The notes under the pieces were generated by a model that made no database searches, was not told the DNA's origin, and saw only the letters and a program-made list of their open reading frames with translations. The translations under genes and the position numbers were made by a program. This document shows positions 16,862 through 26,728 of a stretch of DNA of 64,000 nt, one piece after another (position 1 is the first letter of the stretch; each line of letters starts with the position of its first letter). Where the stretch lies: contig JBAZUH010000001.1 in the NCBI GenBank assembly GCA_041661545.1, forward strand, positions 403,877-467,876. Direction: 5' to 3'. The DNA comes from Candidatus Staskawiczbacteria bacterium (GTDB lineage Bacteria > Patescibacteriota > Minisyncoccia > Minisyncoccales > Staskawiczbacteraceae).

Positions 16862-17418
16862 TAAAACTTAACGCTTACCGGTTGTTTTTCTGCTTCGCTA
16901 GTTGTTTGGAACAATTCCATTTGCTTAAATCCAAATATATTTGCAACTATGCTGTCTGGAAAACTTTCTACTTTAATATTTAAGTCTCTAACATTACCAT
17001 TATAAAATCTTCTTGATGCTTGAATTTTATCTTCTGTGTCAGAGATTTCTCTTTGTAATTCTAAAAAGTTTGCAGAAGCTTTTAAATCGGGGTAATTTTC
17101 AGATACTGCAAATAAACTTTTTAATGTGTCGGAAAGCATATTTTCGGCATTTGCTTTATTGGCAAGACCACTAGCTGACATAGCAGATGCTCTAGCTTGT
17201 GTTACTTTTTCAAACAACTCTCTTTCATGAGTGGCATATCCTTTTACTGTTTCTACTAAATTTGGAATCAAATCGTATCTTCTTTTTGTTTGCACATCAA
17301 TGTCAGATAAAGCTTCTTTTGCTCTATTTTTTAATACTACAAACCCATTAAAAATTGCTATTATCCATAAAATAGCAACCACTGCTACTGCTAATATAAT
17401 CCACAATATTGTTGTCAT
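16861..17418 (-). CDS. lemA: LemA family protein
   Basis: N-terminal TM plus the RRYDLIPNLVETVKGYATHERELFEKVTQARA LemA signature. Confidence 0.9.
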   Translation of the reverse strand: MTTILWIILAVAVVAILWIIAIFNGFVVLKNRAKEALSDIDVQTKRRYDLIPNLVETVKGYATHERELFEKVTQARASAMSASGLANKANAENMLSDTLKSLFAVSENYPDLKASANFLELQREISDTEDKIQASRRFYNGNVRDLNIKVESFPDSIVANIFGFKQMELFQTTSEAEKQPVSVKF

Positions 17419-17420
17419 GT

Positions 17421-17951
17421 TTATTTTGGCAAATTATCAATCAACTCCCTTAAATAAGGATGCTGAGTGGTAAATTTGTAATTAAATAATTTTAATAACA
17501 TTAAAAAGTCTCCTAGCTCAGAGCGCAATGCTTCTGGCCCAGAAAAAACTTCCCATAATTCTGATATAAGATTTTTTGTATAGCGATGCAAAATCTCATA
17601 ATCAGATTTATTTTTTAAATAATTTATTATTTGTTTAAACTCTCCCCTGTCTAGCCAAATTCCGTTACACATTTTACAAAAATCAATTCTTGTTTTTGAT
17701 TGGTCATATTTAACTTCTTGCAAACCAGCTCTGCAAGCGGGGCAATGTTTATGATTACGCAAAACTTGAAACTTTGATTTATCTCTCCATAAATCAATAT
17801 CTAACCAATTTAATTGCTCATCTTTATTGTCTTTTGCTTGGCGCAATTCATCTTCATTAAACCACATACCTAAACACATTGGACAATAATCTACCTCCAC
17901 ATTATGAAATAAAATTTTCTCTAAATATTCATTATCTTTTGGACAGTTCAT
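17421..17951 (-). CDS. zinc-ribbon (zf-TFIIB-type) domain protein
   Basis: Two CPxC...W(F/L)(N/D)xxE(L/F) modules (CPMCLGMWFNEDEL and CKMCNGIWLDRGEF). Confidence 0.7.
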   Translation of the reverse strand: MNCPKDNEYLEKILFHNVEVDYCPMCLGMWFNEDELRQAKDNKDEQLNWLDIDLWRDKSKFQVLRNHKHCPACRAGLQEVKYDQSKTRIDFCKMCNGIWLDRGEFKQIINYLKNKSDYEILHRYTKNLISELWEVFSGPEALRSELGDFLMLLKLFNYKFTTQHPYLRELIDNLPK

Positions 17952-18089
17952 GGCGAAAATTTCTAATTTTTAATTTTAAATTTTTAATCAATTTATAATG
18001 ATTAAATTTTAAACAACGCTTACTTATACTATAACTAAAAATATAAAAAAACACAATAAAAAAAGAGCCCGGCGAAGTTTCGCAAGGCA

Positions 18090-18383
18090 TCAACTGAGTT
18101 TTTTAAATTTGCAACAGATAGCATCAACCATTGGCATCTCCCTTTCGTCTTCTAACAGGCCACAAGACTCGTCTTCAAACGAGGGGTCGGCCATTTTAAA
18201 CACCTCGGCACCAACATCCACTACTTCGGCAACGCCAGAAACATTGGGTCCAAATTCACACCCCAGTTCATCTCCAACTGTCAGACCGTAAGCAACAGGG
18301 ATGCTGTCACTGATTACTTCGCCAGCATCAAATTGCCGCAGCAATGACGCCGGAAATTGCCAGAGAATATTTTTGTATGACAT
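18090..18383 (-). CDS. hypothetical acidic protein (islet 1, gene 4)
   Basis: 97-aa ORF in a G+C-elevated block. No family recognised. Confidence 0.5.
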   Translation of the reverse strand: MSYKNILWQFPASLLRQFDAGEVISDSIPVAYGLTVGDELGCEFGPNVSGVAEVVDVGAEVFKMADPSFEDESCGLLEDEREMPMVDAICCKFKKLS

Positions 18384-18399
18384 CGTTTTTTTCTATCTG

Positions 18400-18708
18400 C
18401 TATTCGCGAAACCAAAATCCGGAGAGATTGCCCCACTCTCGACCATCAGGGCCTCGCACGGAAACAAACTGATTCTGGTCAGATGTTATAGCATAGTTAA
18501 GGGGACAATTTGAAGCATGTTTTTCCAAATCTAGCTCTTCGTTCCCAATGCCACAATTACAGTTATATATATCCCGAAGAAGATCGCGCGCAACAATAAC
18601 AGTATATGGACCGGGGCCCATCTTCGCTTTCTTCATCGCTATAAAACGCTCATCACATGTGCGCGGCGGCGCAAAAGAAACCGGGTCACCTACTTTGAAG
18701 TTTGTCAT
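18400..18708 (-). CDS. Cys/His-motif small protein, paralog B (islet 1, gene 3)
   Basis: 102 aa. Shares MTNFKVG..V.FAPP.TC...MGPGPY...CNCG...H...CP...NQNQ...SG..F.E with the upstream paralog. Confidence 0.6.
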   Translation of the reverse strand: MTNFKVGDPVSFAPPRTCDERFIAMKKAKMGPGPYTVIVARDLLRDIYNCNCGIGNEELDLEKHASNCPLNYAITSDQNQFVSVRGPDGREWGNLSGFWFRE

Positions 18709-18726
18709 TTCTTTGTTCCTTTCTAT

Positions 18727-19041
18727 TTAGGCTTCTTGGAAATAAGATCCTGACCAATTAGACACTTGGCCATGATTATCTGCTACCAACACCGCTTGAT
18801 TTTGATTTCTTTCAAGCAACCACCTAACAGGACAATCTTTTTTGTGCCTTTTCCACCTCATCACGGTATTCGTCACCAAACCACAGTTACAACACCACTC
18901 TGGACTGCCAATCAAACTTTCCACTTTTATAATTTCGTAGGGACCGGGGCCCATTTCTTTTATGCAATTGGCAATATAGCCCACTTCACATGTGCATGGT
19001 GGCGCAAAAACCACCATACCTCCCACTTTAAAGTTTGTCAT
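18727..19041 (-). CDS. Cys/His-motif small protein, paralog A (islet 1, gene 2)
   Basis: 104 aa. Tandem paralog of 18400..18708. Confidence 0.6.
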   Translation of the reverse strand: MTNFKVGGMVVFAPPCTCEVGYIANCIKEMGPGPYEIIKVESLIGSPEWCCNCGLVTNTVMRWKRHKKDCPVRWLLERNQNQAVLVADNHGQVSNWSGSYFQEA

Positions 19042-19052
19042 TTCTTTTTTTC

Positions 19053-19346
19053 TTACTTTGGTTCCAGCGCGATTTGCATTGTATAACCACCACAGTCCGT
19101 TCTTTGAGCGGGTAACACATACCCAATTCCATAATTTGCTATAATAGTTGAAAGTATCTTCAAAACTTCACTGCCTTCGGGAAATTCAGTCACAAGAACA
19201 TCCAAACTCTGTGGCTCTTGGCCATCATCACTGAGCAATTCTGCTATACGATCCAAAATAGGTGATGCCCCCTGGCAACTGTCAAAAACTATAACATTAA
19301 CAAACAAATCACCGCCAGCGGTGAAAACTGTGAATTGTGCTTTCAT
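19053..19346 (-). CDS. hypothetical acidic protein (islet 1, gene 1)
   Basis: The ORF is open to 19409, but MKAQFTVF at 19346 is the more plausible start. No family recognised. Confidence 0.45.
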   Translation of the reverse strand: MKAQFTVFTAGGDLFVNVIVFDSCQGASPILDRIAELLSDDGQEPQSLDVLVTEFPEGSEVLKILSTIIANYGIGYVLPAQRTDCGGYTMQIALEPK

Positions 19347-19447
19347 GGCTCTCTTCTCTCTGCGCGTTAATTTCAAAGGGCTGTTTGCGTTGTGGCACCA
19401 ATGCCACATTATTTAGAGATTAACGTAAACCATGTTTTATGTCAACC

Positions 19448-19474
19448 AAAAAGAGGCTCTCGCCCTCTTTTTTT
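19448..19474. terminator. bidirectional hairpin aaaaagagg-ctctcgc-cctcttttt
   Basis: Short stem flanked by A- and T-runs. It is the second hairpin downstream of groEL. Confidence 0.55.
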
Positions 19475-19516
19475 AAACAGCGAGTGTTTTGCCACGTGGC
19501 AAAACACTCGCTGTTT
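19475..19516 (-). terminator. 42-bp perfect palindrome immediately downstream of groEL
   Basis: aaacagcgagtgttttgccac|gtggcaaaacactcgctgttt, centred on CACGTG. Confidence 0.7.
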
Positions 19517-19527
19517 CATCTTGAAAT

Positions 19528-21183
<1,656 letters not shown>

Positions 21184-21207
21184 CTATAGCGAGGCAACAA
21201 ACTATTG

Positions 21208-21290
21208 TAGCGAGCCAAATAAATTTTTGGAGGAGGGGCAATCGCCTTGGGGACATTCCCCCGACGAGCAAAAATTTGATTTGGCGAGCG
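21208..21290. repeat. 83-bp interspersed palindromic repeat, copy A (groES-groEL spacer)
   Basis: tagcgagccaaataaatttttggaggaggggcaatcgccttggggacattcccccgacgagcaaaaatttgatttggcgagcg. Differs by about 5 nt from copy B at 31695-31776. Confidence 0.9.
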
Positions 21291-21332
21291 AAAATAAAAG
21301 TTTGTTACCGAGCGAAGAAATTATTTTGAGCG

Positions 21333-21623
21333 CTATTCAATTATTGCTAATATATCGCTTTCACAAGCAATTAAATATTCTTTACCTCCTATTTTGATAT
21401 CGTGAGGCCCATATTTTGTAAACAAAACTTTGTCGCCAGGTTTTACCGACATTATCATCATTTTTCCATCTTCCATTTTTTTTCCTGGCCCAACTGCAAT
21501 TACTTTGCCCTCTTCTGACTTTTCTTTATTTGCTGTTTCTGGTAAAAAAATACCAGCTTTTGTTTTTTCTTCTTCTTTAATTGGCTCAATTAAAATGTGA
21601 TCTGACAATGGTCTTATTTGCAT
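21333..21623 (-). CDS. groS: co-chaperonin GroES
   Basis: 96 aa. Starts MQIRPLSDHILIEP and has the mobile loop EKTKAGIFLPE. Confidence 0.95.
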   Translation of the reverse strand: MQIRPLSDHILIEPIKEEEKTKAGIFLPETANKEKSEEGKVIAVGPGKKMEDGKMMIMSVKPGDKVLFTKYGPHDIKIGGKEYLIACESDILAIIE

Positions 21624-21860
21624 AATGATAATATTGTTTAATTAATAATTTTCTATAATGTAATTTAATCAATTAAAAAATCTTTGTCAATAATTTATAA
21701 ATATTTTCCTGTATAACATTTGTCGCTCGTCTTATCGCCATCGCTTCGCTCTGGCTAGCTCTTCGGTTCCGGCTCACGACTTTCAAAACCCTCGGTTTTG
21801 AATAATTTCCTACACGGGAGGATACCCAATCCTCCCGACCCCTCCTGTGAAAAGTTATAC

Positions 21861-24680
21861 CTACAGATACCTTCCGGTATAACTTTTCTTTATTTTTGCA
21901 ATATCGCCAGGCGTTCCCTCGCCAACAATTGTACCGCCACCATCACCTCCTTCGGGGCCCAAGTCTATTAACCAATCAGCATTTTTAATTAATTCTATAT
22001 TATGCTCAATTACCAAAACTGTATTTTTTTTATCAACTAATCCCCCCAATACAGAAATTAATTTTTTAATATCGTCAAAATGCAACCCAGTTGTAGGCTC
22101 GTCTAAAATATAAAGAGTTTTTCCAGTGCCCTTGCGCGAAAGTTCTGTGGCTAATTTTACTCTTTGTGCTTCTCCTCCAGACAACGAAGTTGCTGCTTGC
22201 CCTAATTCAACATAAGAAAGTCCAACCTCTTTTAATGTTTTTAACTTTTCATACAGGCCTGTGATATTTTTAAAAAACTCCATTCCTTCTTCAACTGTCA
22301 TTTCTAAAACTTCGGCAATGTTTTTGTCTTTATAAGTTACTTCTAAAACTTCTTTGCTATATCTTTTACCATGACATTCTTCACATTCAACATAAATATC
22401 TGGTAAAAAATACATTTCTACTTTTTTTTGCCCCTGACCTTCGCAAGCCTCACATCTTCCTCCCTTTACATTAAAAGAAAACCTGCCAGCTGAATAACCT
22501 CTAACTCTTGCTTCTTTTGTTTTAGTAAAAATATCTCTTATATGAGAAAAAGCTCCGGTATATGTTGCCGGGTTGCTTCTTGGAGTTCGGCCAATAGGTG
22601 ACTGGTCAACTAAAACAACTTTATTTATGTTTTCAATTCCTAAAATTTCTTTATGAGCTCCTGGCTCATCTTTGGCTCTATAAAATTTCTTTAACAAAAA
22701 TTTTGCTAAAATATCATTTACCAAAGACGATTTTCCAGATCCTGAAACACCAGTAACACAAACAAATTTTTCTAAAGGAATTTTAACATCTATATTTTTT
22801 AAATTATGTTCGCTGGCTCCTACGATAGTCAAATAATTTTGAGCCCTATCCCGCCCCTTTGGGGCGAGGCTCGCCCGCCCTTTGGGCGAGGCGGCTACTT
22901 TTAATTTACCAGATAAATATTTTCCAGTTAAACAATCTGATTTTAAAATTTCTTTATATGTTCCTTCAAAAACAACTTTGCCACCGTGTTTCCCAGCTCC
23001 TGGCCCTATATCAACAACCCAATCAGCTGCTTGCATTGTTTGGGGGTCGTGCTCAACAACCACAACTGTGTTGCCTAATTCTTTTAGTTTTTCTAATGTT
23101 TCTATTAATTTATGTTGATCTCTTGCATGCAAACCAATAGAAGGTTCATCTAATATATACAAAACTCCAGATAATTTAGAGCCAATTTGAGTGGCCAATC
23201 TTATTCTTTGCTCTTCTCCGCCAGCAAGTGTGCCAGCTTTCCTAGATAGAGTTAGATAGGACAAACCAACATCATTTAAAAACTGTGTCCTATCAATTAT
23301 TTCTTTTAAAATTGGCTGACAAATTTTTGTTTCCCCGGCATTTAATTTTTGCCCCGCCGATTGCGGGGTCCCGCTGAGGCGGGAAAAGAAATCTCTTACT
23401 TTATCTATAGGCAAATCAACAATTTTATCAATTGATAAGTCATTAACTGTAACTGCTAAAACTTCTTGTTTTAATCTTTTGCCTTTACATTTTGGACAAA
23501 CTTTTATAACCATGTATTGTTCAATTTCTTGTCTTGTCCAATCAGAATCTGTTTCATGATATCGTTTTTCTAAATTAGGAATTACTCCTTGAAATTCTCC
23601 ATCACCATTTAAAATAATATCAACAAATTTTTTGGGCAATTCTCCTATTTCTTCATCTAAAGAAAACTTATATTTTTCTGCCAAACCAGACAAAATAGAA
23701 TAATAATATCCTTGTCTGCCAACTTTATGCGAAGCTCTGCTCCATGGCCATATTGCACCTTCAGCAATTGTTAGTCTTTTGTTTGGAATTACCAATTCTG
23801 GGTCAACTTCTAGTTTTTCTCCAAGGCCCGTGCACTCTGAGCAAGCACCATAAGGATTATTAAAAGAAAATAACCTAGGCTCTAATTCTGGCAAAGAAAT
23901 TCCACATTCTTCACAAGCAAAATGCTCAGAGAAAATTAAATCATCTTTTTTACTTTGACCAACAATAACTATTCCTTTGCCAAGATGCAAAGCTGTTTCT
24001 AAAGAATCTACTAGCCTAGATCTTTCTAAATCTTTATTTAAAATTAATCTATCAACAACAACTTCTATATCGTGTTTTTTTTGCTTATCCATTGGTCTAT
24101 CAAGAGATTCTTCAATCAAAAAAACCGTTCCGTCAATTCTTACTCTAACAAATCCACCTCTTTGAATTTCTTCTAAAACTCCATGATGTTCTCCTTTTTT
24201 ATTTCTTATAACTGGCCCTAAAATTGTAATCTCAGAGTTTTTTGGTAATTTTAAAACTTGCGTAACAATTTGGTCAACTGTTTGCCTAGAAATTAATTTT
24301 CCACACTTTGGGCAATGAGGTTTTCCTATTCTTGCATACAAAAGGCGCAAATAATCATAAATTTCTGTAATTGTGCCCACAGTTGAACGTGGATTATGAG
24401 TTGATTTTCTTTGGTCTATAGAAATTGCCGGAGAAATTCCTTCTATTTTATCTACATCGGGCTTGTCCATTACTCCTAAAAACTGTCTTGCATAAGCAGA
24501 CAAACTTTCTACATATCTTCTTTGCCCTTCGGCATAAAGCGTATCAAAAGCCAGCGATGATTTTCCCGAGCCAGAAAGCCCAGTAATAACAATCAACTTA
24601 TTTTTAGGTAAATCTAAGTCTATATTTTTTAGATTATGAACTCTTGCCCCTCGAATTTTAATGAATTCGTTTTGTGACAT
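21861..24680 (-). CDS. uvrA: excinuclease ABC subunit A
   Basis: Two ABC modules ([18 protein letters not shown]), two LSGGE signatures and zinc-finger cysteines. Confidence 0.97.
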   Translation of the reverse strand: MSQNEFIKIRGARVHNLKNIDLDLPKNKLIVITGLSGSGKSSLAFDTLYAEGQRRYVESLSAYARQFLGVMDKPDVDKIEGISPAISIDQRKSTHNPRSTVGTITEIYDYLRLLYARIGKPHCPKCGKLISRQTVDQIVTQVLKLPKNSEITILGPVIRNKKGEHHGVLEEIQRGGFVRVRIDGTVFLIEESLDRPMDKQKKHDIEVVVDRLILNKDLERSRLVDSLETALHLGKGIVIVGQSKKDDLIFSEHFACEECGISLPELEPRLFSFNNPYGACSECTGLGEKLEVDPELVIPNKRLTIAEGAIWPWSRASHKVGRQGYYYSILSGLAEKYKFSLDEEIGELPKKFVDIILNGDGEFQGVIPNLEKRYHETDSDWTRQEIEQYMVIKVCPKCKGKRLKQEVLAVTVNDLSIDKIVDLPIDKVRDFFSRLSGTPQSAGQKLNAGETKICQPILKEIIDRTQFLNDVGLSYLTLSRKAGTLAGGEEQRIRLATQIGSKLSGVLYILDEPSIGLHARDQHKLIETLEKLKELGNTVVVVEHDPQTMQAADWVVDIGPGAGKHGGKVVFEGTYKEILKSDCLTGKYLSGKLKVAASPKGRASLAPKGRDRAQNYLTIVGASEHNLKNIDVKIPLEKFVCVTGVSGSGKSSLVNDILAKFLLKKFYRAKDEPGAHKEILGIENINKVVLVDQSPIGRTPRSNPATYTGAFSHIRDIFTKTKEARVRGYSAGRFSFNVKGGRCEACEGQGQKKVEMYFLPDIYVECEECHGKRYSKEVLEVTYKDKNIAEVLEMTVEEGMEFFKNITGLYEKLKTLKEVGLSYVELGQAATSLSGGEAQRVKLATELSRKGTGKTLYILDEPTTGLHFDDIKKLISVLGGLVDKKNTVLVIEHNIELIKNADWLIDLGPEGGDGGGTIVGEGTPGDIAKIKKSYTGRYL
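22852..22890. repeat. tandemly duplicated G+C-rich hairpin unit in frame in uvrA
   Basis: cgcccctttggggcgagg followed by ctcgcccgccctttgggcgagg. Encodes [13 protein letters not shown]. Confidence 0.8.
23352..23384. repeat. G+C-rich double hairpin in frame in uvrA
   Basis: ccccgc-cgatt-gcgggg then tcccgc-tgag-gcggga. Encodes [12 protein letters not shown]. Confidence 0.8.
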
Positions 24681-24772
24681 AAATAAAGTGGTTTGTCATT
24701 ATACAACTTTATTTTATGACTTTCAAGCCTAACTATTGAAAATATCAACGATTTAGTCTTAAATAGATACAT

Positions 24773-26062
24773 ATGGAGAAGTTTAAATTTATCACTGGGC
24801 TAAACTTTGAGAAGCTCCCTAAAACATCGGGGGTGTATTTATTTTATGGACCAAACCCTAAGCCCTATGCTCTAAGCCCTATTTATATAGGAAAAGCTAT
24901 AAATATAAAAAGTAGGGTTAAAAATCATTTTCAACAGTCAAGCTACCGCGACAATCTTTTTATAGATAAAGTTAACAAAATTGGCTATATAGAAACTAAT
25001 TCAGAAATTGAGGCTTTAATTTTAGAAGCAAATTTAATTAAAAAACACCAGCCAAAATTTAATGTTGTATGGAAAGATGACAAAAACTATTTTTATGTGG
25101 CCATTGTCCAGAATAAAGATAAAATTCCTTTTGTCTACATAACCCACCAACCCTCCTTCGCTAAAGCTTCGGAAGGGCAAGCCCCAAAATACATTGGGCC
25201 TTTTGTTGAGGGCACAGCACTTAAAAAAACATTAAAATATTTGAGACGGGCATTTCCCTACTACACACAGGCAAAACATCCAAAAACTCAATGCACTTGG
25301 TGCCATTTGGGGCTTTGCCCCGGCCCTCACCCAGATTTACCTGCATATAAAAATAATCTTAAAAAATTAACCTTAATCCTTCAAGGAAAGCGAAGCGCTG
25401 TTTTAAATAGTTTAAAACGAGAGATGAGGCAATTTTCAAATGAACATAAATTTGAAGAAGCTGGAAAAATAAGAGACCGAATTTCTAATTTACAGCAAAT
25501 TATGTCTCACAGGGGCGTAATAAGCAACTCAAAAGAAATAGTCACAAATTTGACGGCCGTCAAAAATGCACCATTTTCTTCTTTGACCAAAATTCAGAAT
25601 GCACACAGAATTGAATGTTATGATATCTCAAATATACAAGGCAAATTTGCAACCGGATCTATGGTTGTATTTACTAATGGCGTAGCCGACAAGGGCCAAT
25701 ACAAAAAATTTAAAATAAAAATGGGGGATACTCCTAACGATATCGCCATGCTAAAAGAAGTTTTAACAAGAAGGTTTAATCACCCCGAGTGGAAGTATTC
25801 CGAAGTAATTTTAATTGATGGAGGAAAAGCTCAATTAAACATAGCCATAAAAGTTAAAAAACAATTTAATAAAATTATTCCATTAATTATTTCCATTGCA
25901 AAAGGCCGGCGAGAATTATTTATTGAAGGCAAAGACAAACCAATACCTCTAAAAAATTTGCCACGTGAAATTTATAACTTAGTTTTGCAATTAGACAACG
26001 AAGCCCACCGCTTTGCTGTTACTTATCATAAGAAGTTAAGAAAAAAATCTTTGTTGCAATAA
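24773..26062 (+). CDS. uvrC: excinuclease ABC subunit C (short form lacking the C-terminal HhH)
   Basis: GIY-YIG (GVYLFYG...IYIGKA), a UVR-like helix region (EHKFEEAGKIRDRI) and an RNase H-like endonuclease domain (IECYDISN). Ends at 429 aa. Confidence 0.9.
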   Translation: MEKFKFITGLNFEKLPKTSGVYLFYGPNPKPYALSPIYIGKAINIKSRVKNHFQQSSYRDNLFIDKVNKIGYIETNSEIEALILEANLIKKHQPKFNVVWKDDKNYFYVAIVQNKDKIPFVYITHQPSFAKASEGQAPKYIGPFVEGTALKKTLKYLRRAFPYYTQAKHPKTQCTWCHLGLCPGPHPDLPAYKNNLKKLTLILQGKRSAVLNSLKREMRQFSNEHKFEEAGKIRDRISNLQQIMSHRGVISNSKEIVTNLTAVKNAPFSSLTKIQNAHRIECYDISNIQGKFATGSMVVFTNGVADKGQYKKFKIKMGDTPNDIAMLKEVLTRRFNHPEWKYSEVILIDGGKAQLNIAIKVKKQFNKIIPLIISIAKGRRELFIEGKDKPIPLKNLPREIYNLVLQLDNEAHRFAVTYHKKLRKKSLLQ

Positions 26063-26098
26063 TTGTTGATTTTCATCAATAATTGTGCTATCATATAA

Positions 26099-26491
26099 AT
26101 GATGCGAAGACTAATCTCTAACATTATTGCTGCTACATTAGGATTGTGGCTAGCACTCTTATTTGTATCTCAAATTGAAATAAAAGCCTACCCTTCGTCA
26201 CATTTTTTTGGAATTCCCCTAACAGCTCAATGGCAAATTATTTTAGTTTTAGGAATTGTTTTAGGTTTGCTAAATTATTTTTTAAAACCTATTTTAAAGG
26301 CACTAGCTCTTCCATTAGAAATACTTTCTTTAGGACTATTTACCATAGTTATAAATATGGCTTTAATATGGCTTTTAGACCTAATTTTTGACGAAATTTA
26401 TACCCCATTTTTCCTGCCAATGCTATATACCACCCTAATTGTTTGGGGGTTAAATATTATTATTGGACTATTCTTAATTAAAAAAAATTAA
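26099..26491 (+). CDS. DUF360 / phage-holin-4-family-like membrane protein
   Basis: 130 aa with four TM helices. Central PILKALALPLEILSLGLFTIVINMALIWLL pattern. Confidence 0.65.
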   Translation: MMRRLISNIIAATLGLWLALLFVSQIEIKAYPSSHFFGIPLTAQWQIILVLGIVLGLLNYFLKPILKALALPLEILSLGLFTIVINMALIWLLDLIFDEIYTPFFLPMLYTTLIVWGLNIIIGLFLIKKN

Positions 26492-26506
26492 CATTAAAAA
26501 CTTAAC

Positions 26507-26725
26507 ATGAATCAAATTTTATTTTATTCACAAATCATTATATCTATAATTTTAATCGTGCTTATTGTAATTCAGCAAAGAGGCGCTGCCCTAGGTGCTG
26601 GTTTTGGAGGAGGTGGCGAAATATACTCTACAAAGCGCGGAGCTCAAAAGAAAATATATTATGCTACAGTTGTAGCGGTAACTATTTTTCTTGTTTTGGG
26701 TGTATCAAATATATTTATACAATAA
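26507..26725 (+). CDS. secG: preprotein translocase subunit SecG
   Basis: 72 aa with two TM helices and a Gly-rich loop QQRGAALGAGFGGGG. Confidence 0.8.
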   Translation: MNQILFYSQIIISIILIVLIVIQQRGAALGAGFGGGGEIYSTKRGAQKKIYYATVVAVTIFLVLGVSNIFIQ

Positions 26726-26728
26726 TAA

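Noticed and set aside
21624-21720. CIRCE (HrcA operator) upstream of groES.
   Set aside because: No TTAGCACTC-N9-GAGTGCTAA-like inverted repeat is present. There is only an AT-rich region with a TTGACA box (minus strand, about 21685-21690).
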